64,000 nucleotides of DNA from Heteronotia binoei. Lineage: Eukaryota. The stretch is from assembly GCF_032191835.1 (NCBI RefSeq), contig NC_083237.1, positions 35,650,001-35,714,000 of the forward strand. The letters run 5' to 3'. Under the pieces are notes generated by a model. That model saw only the letters and a list, made by a program, of their open reading frames with translations. It was not told where the DNA came from and did no database searches. The translations under genes were made by a program, and so were the position numbers. How positions within the stretch are numbered: the first letter of the stretch is position 1; each line of letters begins with the position of its first letter. Below are positions 23,541 through 36,463 of the stretch, in pieces.

Positions 23541-23586
23541 ATGACTTTGGAAGGACGAAGTGAGAGATTCAGCTCCATCGTGGCAG
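23541..23586 (+). CDS. SBK2: SBK2-like kinase, coding exon 1 (MTLEGRSERFSSIVA)
   Basis: ATG downstream of the TATA box and a strong donor GCAG|gtaagc. It ends in phase 1, matching the phase-1 start of the next exon. Confidence 0.7.
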
Positions 23587-24589
23587 GTAAGCAACTGTCT
23601 CTGCGACAGCTGTTTGCACATCCTGGATCTGGATCTGAGATGCCAGATCAGTGCAGTGTAGTGGCTCTAGAGTGTCATTCTAAGATCTGGAAGAGCCAGG
23701 GCTGAACCCCCACTCTACCATGGAAGCCACTGGGTGACTTTGGGCCAGTCACTCTGTGTCAGTCACAGGGGAATTGTGAGGCTAAAGCAGGGAAGGGATA
23801 ACCCTGGTTACTGTCCTGATCTTGGTGGAAAGGTGAGATTAAAATGTGCTTAATAGATGAACAGTTAAGCCAGGAGGTTAGAAAGTGCAGTTGCCTTTAC
23901 GCAGATATCATCTGCTTATGTCCTGCAGCAACAGCATTCACCTGTAAAAATGTCTTTGCAATGGGAGACCTTTTGCATTATGGGAGACACCCCTAAATTG
24001 CACCCCCCCCGGCTTATTATATAAGAACTGCTTGGACCGAAGCTTTCCTGGTTCTTCCACCAGATTCCAAATGAGTGGGCATTGCTTGTGATTATTCTAT
24101 GAAGGAAGGGCACTCTGCACACGATCAGAGCCCTTCATCAGCTCAACTGTAACTGAACACTTTCTGTGTCCACCCTTCAGAGTAGTCAGGGGAACTGATC
24201 CCTGTAGAATGGAGATCAGGTGTAATTCTGGGGGAACTCCAGGCCCCACCTGGAGGTTGGCATCCATAGTTGGGGTCATTCTCCTTCTGTCTTCTATTTA
24301 GAACAATGACTCCCATTTCTGGCTTTCTGCTGTACATTATAGGCGCTCAGTCAAAATCACCTCAGGTGTCTGCACTTGTGTCCCTGAGGGAAAGGAGTAT
24401 CTGCTTATTGCCCTTTTCTTCGGCTGCATCTGCACTAGAAATTCAGCCTCCTGACGGAGTTGTTGATGCTTTTTACCTGCCACCACAGTGTCACTTGCCT
24501 GGACGTTATGAACAAATGGGTGACAAACTGCTGCTGGGTCAGTGGTCGTCTGTACACACCCCAGCTTTCCTCTTTCTCTCTCTGGGCAG

Positions 24590-24754
24590 CTGTGAAGCTA
24601 GTCCCGGGTGATATTGCAAAACGGCTGGAGGAGATGGTCTTGCTGACAGCTCAAAACCTGCCCCAGGTGGAAGTGACCAGTAGTTACACCATCCTCCGGG
24701 AACTGGGCAGCGGCTCTTACGGACATGTCTTGATGGCAGTTCACCAACGCCAAG
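24590..24754 (+). CDS. SBK2: SBK2-like kinase, coding exon 2 (Gly-rich loop)
   Basis: Pyrimidine-rich acceptor ctctttctctctctgggcag|. Encodes RLEEMVLLTAQNLPQVEV...LRELGSGSYGHVLMAVHQRQ. Donor CAAG|gtgagt. Confidence 0.88.
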
Positions 24755-25092
24755 GTGAGTCAGGAGCCAGGAGGCAGACAAAGGGTTGGGCTGGAGCAGG
24801 ACCTTGAACTTATACTTCATTGGAGCCAAGGGCCTAACAGCTGAGGCCTGAAACATAGCAAGTAACATAGTGGAGAATGCTGTGGGCCAGAGGACCAGTT
24901 CCTTGCTGCTGCAGAAGAAATTGGGCTAGAAACTGTGGCATTGCTGGGATGCTCTATAAATCCACAAAAAGAGTTTGGGGGGATTGCTAGAGCACCGGTC
25001 CCCAACCCGCAGGCCATGGACCGGTACTGGTCTGTGGCATTAGCAACCAGGCCCTGAGTTGTATAATCATTTCATTATACATTACAATGAAT

Positions 25093-25128
<36 letters not shown>

Positions 25129-25139
25129 ATTATAATAAT

Positions 25140-25385
25140 ACGACACTAGATTCATATCCTGCTCTCCTCTCCGAATTTCAGAGCAGCTCACAATCTCCTT
25201 TATCTTCCTCCCCCACAACAGACACCCTGTGAGGTGGGTAGGGTTGAGAGAGCTCTCCCCAGAAGCTGCCCTTTCAAGGACAACTCTTGTGAGAGCTATG
25301 GCCATTTCAGGAGCTGCAAGTGGAGGAGTGGGAAATCAAACCCACTTCTCCCAGATAAGAGTCTGCACACTTAACCAGCACACCA
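25140..25385 (-). mobile_element. tRNA-headed SINE with L2-like tail (copy)
   Basis: Reverse complement of the 3711-3990 family; its tail runs into a (TAG)n microsatellite at about 25094-25127. Confidence 0.75.
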
Positions 25386-26204
25386 AAATAAAGTGGATAA
25401 CTGTATCATCCTGAAATCACTGCTGCCCCCGTCCCCGTTCCTTGGAAAAATTGTCTTCCACAAAACCAGTCCCTGGTGCCAAAAAGGCTAGGGACTGCTG
25501 TGCTAGAGTGTCCTGATGACATATGATGTCACTTCCCATTATGCTACTGGAGGTGATGTCACAGCTTCATGAGATACAATCCCACCTGATGCCCAGCCCC
25601 ATGATCCCTAGAAGCTCCCCAGGGCCAGCCAGCTCTAGCTGTGGAGTGAACACTTCCTTCACAACTATACAGATGATAAATCTGTGTTTGAGTGTTTCAG
25701 GCTGCAGGTGGGGATTCACTGGACTGAATATCTGCCATGTGCAAAAACATCCCTGCACATGCTGAAGGTCTGCTTCCTGACATGCCAGTTTTCTATTGGA
25801 AGATTGTTCCATTACATAAGCCTCACCTGCAGCCTGAAGTGATACATCAGACACAGAACTGCCACCTTCTTCTCGGTCACATTTTCATTCCATCTTTTCT
25901 CCAAAAAGCTCTGGATGGTGTGCAGCATTTTCAGTTCCCCATTTCATTTTCACCACAACCCTAGATTAGAGTGAGTGACCTCTGCTTCCATGGGACAATG
26001 TGGGGACGTGGACTTGCGTCCTCAAGATCCTAGGCTGGTGCTCTGTCCATCACACCACACTGGCTCCTCTGCTGATTACAATTCCCAACTGTTCCAATAG
26101 CTTTTATGGTTTTCTTCTGTAAAATTGTGTGTGTGTGTATGTACCTGGTGAGTATAACCTATGCTTTGGCAATGCCCAACATTTCACCCTCTTCTGTCTT
26201 GCAG

Positions 26205-26407
26205 GGACCCCCATGGCACTGAAATTTGTCCATAAAAAAGACACTGAACTGCAAGATTTCCTGAGCGAGTACTGCATTGCGCTGACCCTGGGAGCTCATC
26301 CCTGCATTGCCACAGCCCTTGGCATAGCCTTCCAGACCCCACAGCACTATGTCTTTGCACAGGAGCTGGCCTTGGCCAATGACTTCTTCTCACTCATGGT
26401 GCCGCAG
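26205..26407 (+). CDS. SBK2: SBK2-like kinase, coding exon 3 (MALK lysine, alphaC, hinge)
   Basis: Acceptor cttctgtcttgcag|. Encodes GTPMALKFVHKKDTELQDFLSEYCIALTLGAHPCI...YVFAQEL...LMVPQ. Donor CAG|gtaact. Confidence 0.9.
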
Positions 26408-27074
26408 GTAACTCAGGCCAGGACTACAAGCACAACACACTGAGATCAGTTTACAGTAGGGTGGGAACTAATGCCCCCTGGAACAATTATGCCTGCAAAA
26501 GTTCTCAGCCTTCTGTCTCCCCACACCCACTCACCCCATGGTTTTTTTGAACAGCTGCATAAGAGGAGGGTATATGAGAAAGTGCAGGCTGCCCTGAATC
26601 CATCCTAGGCATTTCTGTCCTCCTCTCCCTGGTCATGTCAAGTAGTACTAAGGCTTGGTTTTTATATCTCCTGCAATAAAAGTATCCCTGAGCATGTGCA
26701 GAGATTTCTAAAGCCATCTCACCACAGAGTAGGTGCTCCTAAACACTTAATGGTCCTGTATAGATTTTTGTTCCTGGTTTGGGTATTAGCAATTCACACT
26801 TGCAAAAATGAAAAAATGTGCCTTGCTTGTCAGACTAGGATTGGAGAGATGTGGGTTGAAATCCTCATGCTACAAAGCTTGCTGAGTGTCACTGGACCAC
26901 CCATTGTCTTTCAGCTAAACTTACCTCCTAAGGCTACTGTGAAGATAAGTTGAGGAATGGAAAGCCATGCATGCCACCCTGAATTCCTTGGATATGATTA
27001 GTGATAGAGTGATAGAGAGACAGACAGATAGAGTTGTACATACTTTTCACATTTCTCCTACTTTCCCCACCCAG

Positions 27075-27671
27075 GTTGGTGTGCCTGAGCAGCGGGTCAA
27101 ACGCTGTGCCCTTCAGCTGGCAAGTGCCTTAGAGTACATGGAGACCAAGGGGTTGGTCCACCGTGATGTCAAGCCAGAGAATGTGCTGCTGTGCGATCCT
27201 GAGTGTCGGCGCATCAAGCTGACTGACTTTGGGCTAAGCTGCCCATGTGGCCACCTCATCGAGGCTTTGCCAGAGAGTTTGCCTTACACAGCGCCTGAGT
27301 TGTGTGTCCTTGGCCCCGAGGCTCGCCTGGAGGCCCAGCCCAGCCTTGACACGTGGGCCCTGGGAGTGCTTCTCTTTTGTGTGCTCACTGGCTACTTCCC
27401 CTGGCTCACAGCCATGCCTGCTGATCGGCACTACCGTGCTTTTGCCTGCTGGCGCCGCAGCCCTCGCTTTGCCCCACGGCCGCCCCATTGGGAGCACTTC
27501 ACACCCCAGGCACTGGAGATGCTGATGGGCCTGTTGACACCCAACCCTGCTCACCGTAGCCCTGCCAAGGAGGTGATGAAATATATCAAAGCTCCTTGGT
27601 TGCTGCCAGAGACTCAGAGCCGGACCTGGCCCAGTAGGGACCATCTTTTGGGCACTAGTCGGCGGTGCTGA
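27075..27671 (+). CDS. SBK2: SBK2-like kinase, terminal exon (catalytic loop, DFG, APE)
   Basis: Acceptor ctttccccacccag|. Contains HRDVKPEN, LTDFG, YTAPE and LDTWALGVLLFCVLTGYFPW; stop TGA at 27669-27671. From recalled human sequences it resembles SBK2 more than SBK1 or SBK3; orthology versus paralogy is not proven. Spliced length 336 aa. AATAAA at 28508. Confidence 0.85.
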   Translation, partial: VGVPEQRVKRCALQLASALEYMETKGLVHRDVKPENVLLCDPECRRIKLTDFGLSCPCGHLIEALPESLPYTAPELCVLGPEARLEAQPSLDTWALGVLLFCVLTGYFPWLTAMPADRHYRAFACWRRSPRFAPRPPHWEHFTPQALEMLMGLLTPNPAHRSPAKEVMKYIKAPWLLPETQSRTWPSRDHLLGTSRRC

Positions 27672-29629
27672 AAAATGAGGCCAGCTGGGCAGAGAAGGAA
27701 AGGGCTGACAGTCATCCTTTTGCTGTAATCACTGAGGGACCAAAGACACCCATCACCAACTAGACACCTTGGGGATGAAAAGACCCTTAATCCAGCCCAG
27801 AAAACAGAGAAAAGTCTGTGTCATCCTCAGAAGACTAAGCAAACTGCCAGTAGGGCAGGGAAGGAGAAACTGACTCAGGGGACCATTCCCTCCTATGTGA
27901 CTTCATCTTAACAGGAACAATCTCCTCGCTGCCCTATGTCCTAGCCCAAGTCTGGATCAGAAATGCAAAAATTGATTTCAGCCTCTCCTTGGTCAGTAGC
28001 TGACTATATTATCCTTGAAACAAAGCCTCATGAGAAGGAATCAAATGAGGCTATGTTTAGTGGGCCCAAATGCCTTGACATTTTCTACTACCTCCCCTAA
28101 ATCAGATGGACTAACTCTCCGTAAACTTGCTTCTGGATGAACAGGATGGAAATGAATTGCTCCTCTTCTGCAACAACAATAACAGAATGATTAAGTATCT
28201 TCCCAGTTGTCTATGAACCCTTATCTAAAGTCAATCTTGCTTTGGCAACATTGTGGGCATTGATCATAAACACTGACAGGCACTCATACAGCTCTTAGTC
28301 TGAGCAGGCTTGAAATATCTTGAGATGTTTTCTCCTGAAAGTTAGGAGATGATTGTGAAAATGCTTTGCCTGGACTCCTTGTGATGTGTGGTAGAGCTAC
28401 CAGGTTTAGACAGAAGTTTGGGCTTGACATTTCTGTGACTCTAGCACTGCCTTTCTGTAGGCATGTTTACAAGCTATTGTATTACTTGCTCAACTTGCAC
28501 ATTGGTAAATAAATAATTATTATGAAATGATGACCCTATCAGTCACAAATGCTCTCTTTCCTAAAGGAAACAGTTCCTGTAACTATTGCTGATAACCCAC
28601 ACACATATATAAATCAAGCCATGAAATTTAGCTCTTCTTACTACCACCTGGCCTGCAATCAGGTCCTTGTTATCAATTATTTTCCTACCACCCTTTCTTC
28701 CTTTAGTTGTCTCTTCCCAATAAGCTTCTCAGGAGCAATTCACACTTCATAAAGTATTTGTGGCCACCAGGTATATTTGTATCAAATGCAAAGTGCAAAA
28801 GATCGTGACCGCTAAAAACCAGTTTCTTTTTGCCGTGCAAAAACGGCAACGCAGGTTGAAGCCCCAGGGCATAGTGGGAAATCGGAAGGATGCTGTGCTG
28901 AAAAGAGGAATGTCATAGTGGCATAGAGTGAGTGTGAAATCGGTCCCCAATTCCAAATGGGATGTGGTGCAAAGGCAAAAGAGACTTAAGCTTTTCCCCT
29001 GCACCGTTTTCCCCACCTGAAATAGCTGAGCTTCTATTGGCTCAGTAGCCATCAGAACTTCTGAATTTTTTCCACAAGGGTTTCTCCACTGACACCCAGG
29101 GACAGCATCAGGCCTGGCAAATGACACAAAAGGAGGGTGAGGGTGAATCCACTTCATTCTGTGTACTGAGGACCCAATCCTAATCAGGCCAATGAGACCT
29201 GGAAACTGTATTCCTAGCCAGGAGCCCCAGGCACACATCTGATAGAAAGCCCTTACAGAAGTCTTGAGGACTTTGTAACATGTGAATTGACCCTAAAAGT
29301 CCTACCAACCACAGCATACAACCCTTTCTGAAGTCTTTCTTATAGCACTCCTGATTTTATCCTCCCCAAAACCACACCCTTGCTTCTCAGTCCTCTGCAT
29401 AATTGCCTCCCTTTCTTTCAGCTGTCCCATCTTCTAGCCCCTTCTTTCCATTTTGCTTTCCAGATCTCGCTTAAGAATCAGACACAAATGATCACCACTA
29501 CCCCCCTTCCTCTTCTAAATACTGGCAACTATCTTTACAGAACAAAGAAAGTAGAAGACACCCCAAAGTTTGAAAACCAGCTGAGCTGATATCCTGAGAT
29601 TTCAGGCTGCTGTTTTGTCCTAATCTGCA

Positions 29630-29822
29630 TGGCCCAGACTAGCCTGACCTTGTCAGATCTCAGAAGCTAAGCAGGGCCAGCTCTGGTTAGTGCTCAGATG
29701 GGAGACCACCAGTGAAGTCCAGTGTTGCTTCATGGAGGCCGGCAACAGTAAACCACCTCTGTTTGTCTCTTGCCTTGAAAACTACTGGGTTGCCATAAAT
29801 CAGTTGTGACTTTATAGCACTT
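29630..29822 (+). mobile_element. 5S rRNA-headed SINE
   Basis: GTCAGATCTCAGAAGCTAAGCAGGG...TGGTTAGTGCTCAGATGGGAGACC follows 5S rRNA, then a non-5S body with CAAACCAC and a GACTT tail. Related copies at about 10255-10438(+), 17750-17920(-), 40735-40930(-), 56385-56545(-) and 61690-61878(-). Confidence 0.75.
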
Positions 29823-31075
29823 TCTATCACCACATGAATGACCCCCCCCCCAAAAAAAAACCCACCTGAGAAAACCACCACCCTGAGAAAGGGCATCCAA
29901 ACCTCTAGAGCCCAAGAGGTTCTAGTTACCAAGTTTGGCTTCCTCCCCAAAGGCTGAGCCACACAAAACTGCACACAAATCCAACAGTCTACTGAACACC
30001 AAAAGCAGAATGCAAGTGAACTGTGGAGCTAACTGTTCCAGATAGCTTAAGCAAGAGAGCCAAACTATATTTTGCACTGGAGGAAGCTGAAAGTAAAAAA
30101 GCAAAAAGGAATTTCATTGCAGGGAAAGCTTACTCAAAAGCTCCTCTCACCCCTCCAAGTAGTTTTAGTAAGTCTTTTGCGAAAGTTGGTTGCTGAAAAT
30201 CTGTGTGTGAGAGGGAGAAATAATCTTCCTCTCACCTCAGATCTTACTCTAAATACAAACTCCCCTAGCATACGAACGTGAACTCCCCAGGCATGACAAA
30301 CCCTTTTCAAGCCAATATGGCTGTGCTTCTGCAACATGGGAAGCACATGTTTGTTCCATGCCTTGGAGGCTTTCTGACTTCTCGAGTCAAGTCCAGCACA
30401 AGGCTCCTTTCACTATGAGATGTGAGCATCCAAGAGCCTCTGTAACCGGAAACGATTAACAAGCGGCCAATTTCTCTTGGCTTCTTCTCATGCACTTGCT
30501 AAATATAGCCCAATGCAAAAGACGGCCACAGCAGGTGGGTGGGAGAAAAAGACTCCCTCCTTCTTTTGCTTCTTTGTTGATAGTAGAGAGCTCGGATTAG
30601 GGGTCATGAACTGTGCGGGGAGAACTATGTTCAGGACAGATTGATTTTTTTTTTTCTGACATCTAAGACAGATCCATAGGATTTGGTACCTGCTACAGAA
30701 TTAAGAACAAAGATCCCCCCTCCTCCTGCCTATTCCTCTTTTCTATTCCTAAACATAGTTACACCTTTCTAAGTTCACTGCTTTCAATAGACTTAGAAGG
30801 GGGGGGGGGGGTATTTGGCTTACGGTTGCAATGTTAATCTCTGATCATGTGTCTATGTGTTGCTTAGGTACATCCATGTAAATGCATGAAAACAGTGTGC
30901 AGCCATACCATTACATGCACAGCAGGTACTGATGTTTATCTTGAACTGTTGTAGGACAATATTTTCCTAGTGGTCTTTTAACTGACTCATCAGCCCCTCA
31001 GGCCTTTCCCATTAGTGAAGCACAGGGCTACTGCAGATGGAAAACTGTGTATCATTGGAGGCGAACCATCTACAG

Positions 31076-31553
31076 CAGGAGTGTCAAACATGCATCCTGT
31101 GGGCTGAAACAGGCCTCCGAAGGGCTCCTATCAGGCCCTCAAGCAACTGGCTGTCATCTGCTTCTTTCTCCCTATCTCTTACTTCCTTCTGCATAACAGC
31201 TTGCTTTGCAAGGCTTGCTGAATCGCACAGCAGAGCTACTGAGCCTAGTCTCTCTTCCTTCTGTTGGTTGAGGCTCCTCCCCCTTCTGGGGAAGGAAGGA
31301 AAGACCCAGAGCTTCTTTAGCCCAGTTCCCTGGATCCCATGGGGGAAATACAAGACCAACAAACGCTAATGTTTTAAGCATGTTTTAATTTATATATGTG
31401 TGTGTGTGTTTTTATGTGTTCTTTATAAAGTTTATATCTCTGCTCCCTAATCTTAAATAGGTATACACATGGCCTGGCCTGTCATGGTCCAGCCCAACGA
31501 GGCCTCATTTATATCAGATCTGGCCCTCATAACAAATGAGTTTGACATCCCTG
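31076..31553 (+). mobile_element. hAT-type MITE (CAGGGGTGTCAAAC family)
   Basis: TIR CAGGAGTGTCAAAC / GTTTGACATCCCTG; TSD ATCTACAG / ATCTACAC (7/8). Confidence 0.8.
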
Positions 31554-31715
31554 ATCTACACAATATACTAACACAGGCCTTGTGAAGATATCCTTGGTAT
31601 ACGAGACTAGGGGTGTTTACAAACATATGCCAGGTCTCATAGGAGGAGGAGAGCTTAAGTGTATTAATTTATTTTGCTGTGTATGTGGGGGGTCTTTAAT
31701 GCTAGTGCTGCACCA

Positions 31716-31996
31716 GAGCCAGTTTGGTGTAGTGGTTAAGTACATGGACTCTTATCTGGGAGAACTAGGTTTGATTCCCCACTCCTCCACGTAGCTGCTG
31801 GAATGGCCTTGGGTCAGCCATAGCTCTTGTAGGAGTTGTCTTTGAAAGGGGAGCTGCTGTAAGAGCTCTATCAGCCCCACCTACCTCACAGGGTGTCTGT
31901 TGTGGGTTGGGGAGGGGAGGTAAAGGAGACTGTGACCGCTCTGAGACTCTGAGATTCAGAGTATAGGGTGGGATATAAATCCAATATCTTCTTCTT
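31716..31996 (+). mobile_element. tRNA-headed SINE with L2-like tail (copy)
   Basis: Near-full-length match to 3711-3990. Confidence 0.8.
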
Positions 31997-32229
31997 TATG
32001 GTTTCAACTTAAGCTGGACTGATTGTTCGTTTTTAATTGCAGTTTATTTCCCTCGATCTTGTGCTTAAATTCATTTATTCTAATTTAAATCTTGTAAACT
32101 TTTATTTGTAAACCACCAAAGATGCTTGTTAAGCAGAAGTGGAGCATGCATCTGATAAATAAATATGTCTACTTGCATCTGTGAAACCATGAGCTGCCTA
32201 GGCGGGGAGGGCGGGATACAAATAAAATC

Positions 32230-32230
<1 letters not shown>

Positions 32231-32304
<74 letters not shown>

Positions 32305-32305
32305 C
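32231..32305. repeat. (ATT)n microsatellite, about 25 units, at an L2-like tail
   Basis: Direct reading; preceded by GGCGGGGAGGGCGGGATACAAATAAA. Confidence 0.9.
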
Positions 32306-33944
32306 ATGGGGTATGTGTAATCTGCCTTGAGCCTCAGTGGGAAAGGTGGACTAAAAATAATGTATATAATAAATAACATGGGATAAATGTACTAGTAAAA
32401 TGTGAGCACTAACCTCTTGGTGGGAGCACCAAAAGAGGATATTCCTTTGAATAGCACTTAAATGTGTCCCACGTGGACTGGGTTCCTATGTCAGGGGACA
32501 GATTAATCCAGGGGAGCCCAATGGTAGCTCTCTATGGTCAATGGCTGGGGCTGATGGGAGTTGTAGGCAAAAAACATCTGGAGAGCTACCGTTGGCCACC
32601 ACAGTCTCTCCCGCTACACACCCATTCATAGGTTTGCTAAATGCCCCTCATTTATTTTGCTCCACAAAATTCAGGGTATGCGGAGGCAGTCACTACTGAT
32701 AACCAAGCACATTCATACTTGAATAATCCTGCCTTCGCTGCTTGGCAATGCTATAGTGGGACAAAGAGAGGGAATCTCAGAATTGGCTTCTGTGAAAATT
32801 ATGAAACAATCTGCATAGTTGGTTTATGTTAACTGGTATAGTTTAGGTATGGTTACTTGCTCCAAGCCAGATGGATCAAGTGGGTTTAAAATCAAATTAA
32901 TTCACTCCACACTTTTCAAAATTTGTAAACAAGTTAATGCATCTGTATTAGAATCCATTTTCTTACCTTCCCGTCCCCACTTCCACATTTACAAGCAGCA
33001 ATGGTCTTTAAAAAAAATCTGTATGTACTTGAATAGATGACAAATAAACAGTGGATTGGATCTAGTCAACTTTTTCACTCCATTCTTACCCAATTCTCCT
33101 CCATACTACAGCCTATGTCCCACATGGCTTTTGTCCATGCTGGTCCCATGATTCTCAGCATAGCCTTTTTGGTGGCCACATCTCACCAATGGGAACGCTG
33201 GTTGAATAGAACCTTAATGTATTTTAGAGTGAGGAAACGTAACACCTGTCTTTGTGCCACTATGTGTGTGTAAGTCTTTAAGTTAGTGGATGTTGGGGCG
33301 GGGGGGGGGGGGAGTTTGCTGCTGCTGGTAAACTCGGACTACCTCTCTGCCACTTCTCTCTCCTTCAGCTGCCCTATAAGATATTCTTGGCTTCCTTTAG
33401 TTGGCAGCCTTTGGAAGAGAAGAATGACATGAGGGAGTCATGAAACTGTCAGACCCAGCAATGAGTTACAGTAACTGGCAGAGCCATGAGAGTTATGTTC
33501 AAAACATCATAAACTAAGTAAAGTTGCCACCTGGCCGGTTTTAAGTGGGGCAGGATAGTTTTTCTGACACTCAGAGGATGATGGAGGCTGCCCCTCCTTC
33601 CCATCAGACTCAGCATGAATTTAAATGGGGCACAATAATCTATGCCAATGAGCAACGAGGATGAGTGAATTGGCAACCCCATGACAACCATTAGATCCAA
33701 GAGATAAAATAACTGGAATCCTTGTTTTCTTTCACTTGTCATGACCTTGAAAGTTTTGGCCAACTGTACAAGCAACATGACATCTCTAGGCAGCATCTTA
33801 AGAAAGTGTCCAGCTTCAGTGGCTGCCCCCCAGTTCTGAGATTTCCATCTTGTAAACACTCACCCAATTCAATCCTAGGAATGGTTGCTGATTTGGGTTG
33901 GCTGAGGAAGATTTAAGGTAAGGTGTCCTCTGCCAAAAAATCAC

Positions 33945-34224
33945 TGAACTTTATTTCAAATATTTTCACGTTTCCAGTACCTCACAATCCTAGTCATATT
34001 AACACCAAACACACACACACATACACACACACACATATATATACACACAAATACACACACACACTAAGCAAACAACACTGAACAAGCCCCCAGTGAACTT
34101 TATTTCAAATATTTTCAACTTTCCAGTACCTCACAGTCCTAGCCATATTACCAACACACAAACACACACATATATATACATACATACATACACACACTAA
34201 GCAAACAACACTGAACAAGCCCCC
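33945..34224. repeat. Local tandem duplication (two ~130-150 bp units containing CA/TA microsatellite)
   Basis: TGAACTTTATTTCAAATATTTTCA...CACTAAGCAAACAACACTGAACAAGCCCC occurs at 33945-34093 and 34094-34224. Confidence 0.9.
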
Positions 34225-35899
34225 AAAGCTTGCAACAAAAGGCTTGTTGAATTTCCACTGCTGATTCCACAAAGTAGGCCTTTCAACAAGTGTTGATGTT
34301 TGGCAAGGCATGTGTCCCTATTTATGAGATGTTTGGTTCTCTCAGATACTCTGCTATTGTGTAGTGCTGCCACTGTCTGGGTGATAACTTGCCATGTGCA
34401 AATCAATGTTACATACCATGTTTTTCAGTCTTCAACTCCCTCATATCACTCTTCCCTTCATGTTCAGCTCTACTGATTTCTGCCCTCTGTTGTTGAGACA
34501 GGGCAACAGTTTTAGTAGCAGCACTGAGAAGGATAAAAGGACTTTGCCTGTATTAGAGGCAGAAAGACTGGCCAATCAGTTGTTGACCAGCAGCTGATAA
34601 GAGGGATCTGTAAACAGGCATGAGATCCAAACATGACACCATGCTTTGGAGTCAAAAAGATACAATTTTGCTGGAAGGTACTGCATGTGCTTTGATGTGT
34701 ATCAGTCTCTTGACCTTTGAACAGATGGCTGGGGACTCTAATCCTCTGCCTGCTTTTAAGAGACTCATGGAAACTGATAGTTCAGGTGTGAAGCTTGGAC
34801 AAATGACAAAGATGCAGCCAAACTGATAATCCACATTGCTTTAAATGGGTGACATTACATGCACAGAAAACTTCTCTTGAAGATTTCTTTGGGAATGGTT
34901 TGCATAGTATGCATGAGTTCCGTGTGCACTGGTTTCTGCCACAGGGTGTGGCACTTACCCTTCTGGTAACAGTTCTGTTCATGGAAGTGCCCACTGGACA
35001 CTGGGTGGGATTCAGCTAGGATTGCCAATGTGCGACATTCTTGTGTTCTAATACAAAGGAGGCAGTGAGGACAGAAACACCTTCCACCAAACTTGAGAAA
35101 TGCCTCCTTAAGATTATGCCCTTCTCTAGTTCTGGTGGATTCTGAGGGACCCTCAGTTCAGAGCCAGGGACACCCATCAATTTATCAACTATTTTCAACT
35201 GACAGCTATTAATTGACTTGTGTCAAACATTGTCAACATGTTCATGAAATCATGACAAACACCCTTATGCAACTGGCAGTCTGCCGTTCCCCTTGTCTCG
35301 TGGGGGTCATCTGATAGCGGCGGCAAGAGGGCCTCTTGCTCTCCAGGAGTCAGGGCTACATATATTTCGCACATCAGTTAGTTGCAGGCCACCCCGACCC
35401 CGCCACTCTCCAGAATTCCACTCCTCTCAGCTCTTCCCTAGTTCATACATTAAGCTGCCTTCTAGTGTGGCGGACCATTGGTCTATTGAGTCCAGTATTG
35501 TCTACTCTGCCTAGCAGCTGTTCTGCAATCTCAAGTGCAGGTCTGCCACTTTGCTTATTACCTTTTTAACAGGAAGTAATGATGCTTTACCAACCAGCCA
35601 CTGGCCCTCCCCAGTACCTTTGTCTGCAACTGGCCAGTTGCTGCAACAGGTGATATTTCTGAACAAGAACAGAGTCCAGGAGGAAGTATGAATCAAAGTC
35701 ATCCACTGGTGACATCTTAGGGTCATTAGCTAGACAGAATTATAATTGCTGTTTTAGAATTTTCCCCTCTTGGCTAGCTGCCAGACCTGGGAACTGAAAA
35801 TCCCTGTAACCTGCCTTGAGTCCACTTGTGGGGAGGGCAGGATAAAAATAAATAAATAATCTAGAAAAGATTACACATTTATAGAAAAACATGGGATCC

Positions 35900-36463
35900 C
35901 AGGGGTGTCAAACATGCAGCCCGGGGGCTGAATCAGGCCCCCAAGCAACTGGCTGTCATCTGCTTCCTTCTCCCTCTCTCTTGCTTCCTGCTGCATCACA
36001 GCTTGCCTTGCCAGACTTGCTCAATCACACAGGAGCTACAGAGTGAAGCTCCTATTTTCTCCATTGGCTGAGACTCCTCCCTTGGGGAGGAAGGGGGGAA
36101 GGAATAGCTTGCTTTGCCAGATTCTGTCAATCACACAGGAGACCTATTGAGCCTAGCCTTTCTTCCTTCTATTGGCTGAGGCTACCCCCTTCCTGGTCCC
36201 CTGGAGAAGGAAGGAAAGAGCTACAGTTTCCTTTGTCCAGTTCCCTGGATTGCATGGGAGAGATACAAACAAAGCACCTTTAAGATCAACAAGTGTTAAT
36301 GTTTTAAACATATTTTAATTTTTTTTTAAATATTTGTGTTTTGTTTGTCCATTATAAAGTTTATATCCCCACTACCTGGTATTACATTTTATGACACTCA
36401 TGGCCCAGCCCAACAAGGTCACATTTATGTTGGCTCTCGTAACAAATGAGTTTGACACCCCTG
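35900..36463 (+). mobile_element. hAT-type MITE (CAGGGGTGTCAAAC family)
   Basis: TIR CAGGGGTGTCAAAC / GTTTGACACCCCTG; internal similarity to 31076-31553; no clear TSD. Confidence 0.8.

Noticed and set aside
28747-29238. 163-aa minus-strand ORF
   Set aside because: No recognisable domain, GTG start, no supporting splice or promoter signals.
32080-32379. Poly-Ile ORF
   Set aside because: Translation of an (ATT)n microsatellite.
33740-33810. LPRDVMLLV resembling the FAM71/GARIN PDVMLLA motif
   Set aside because: Short match without flanking domain residues or usable splice sites.
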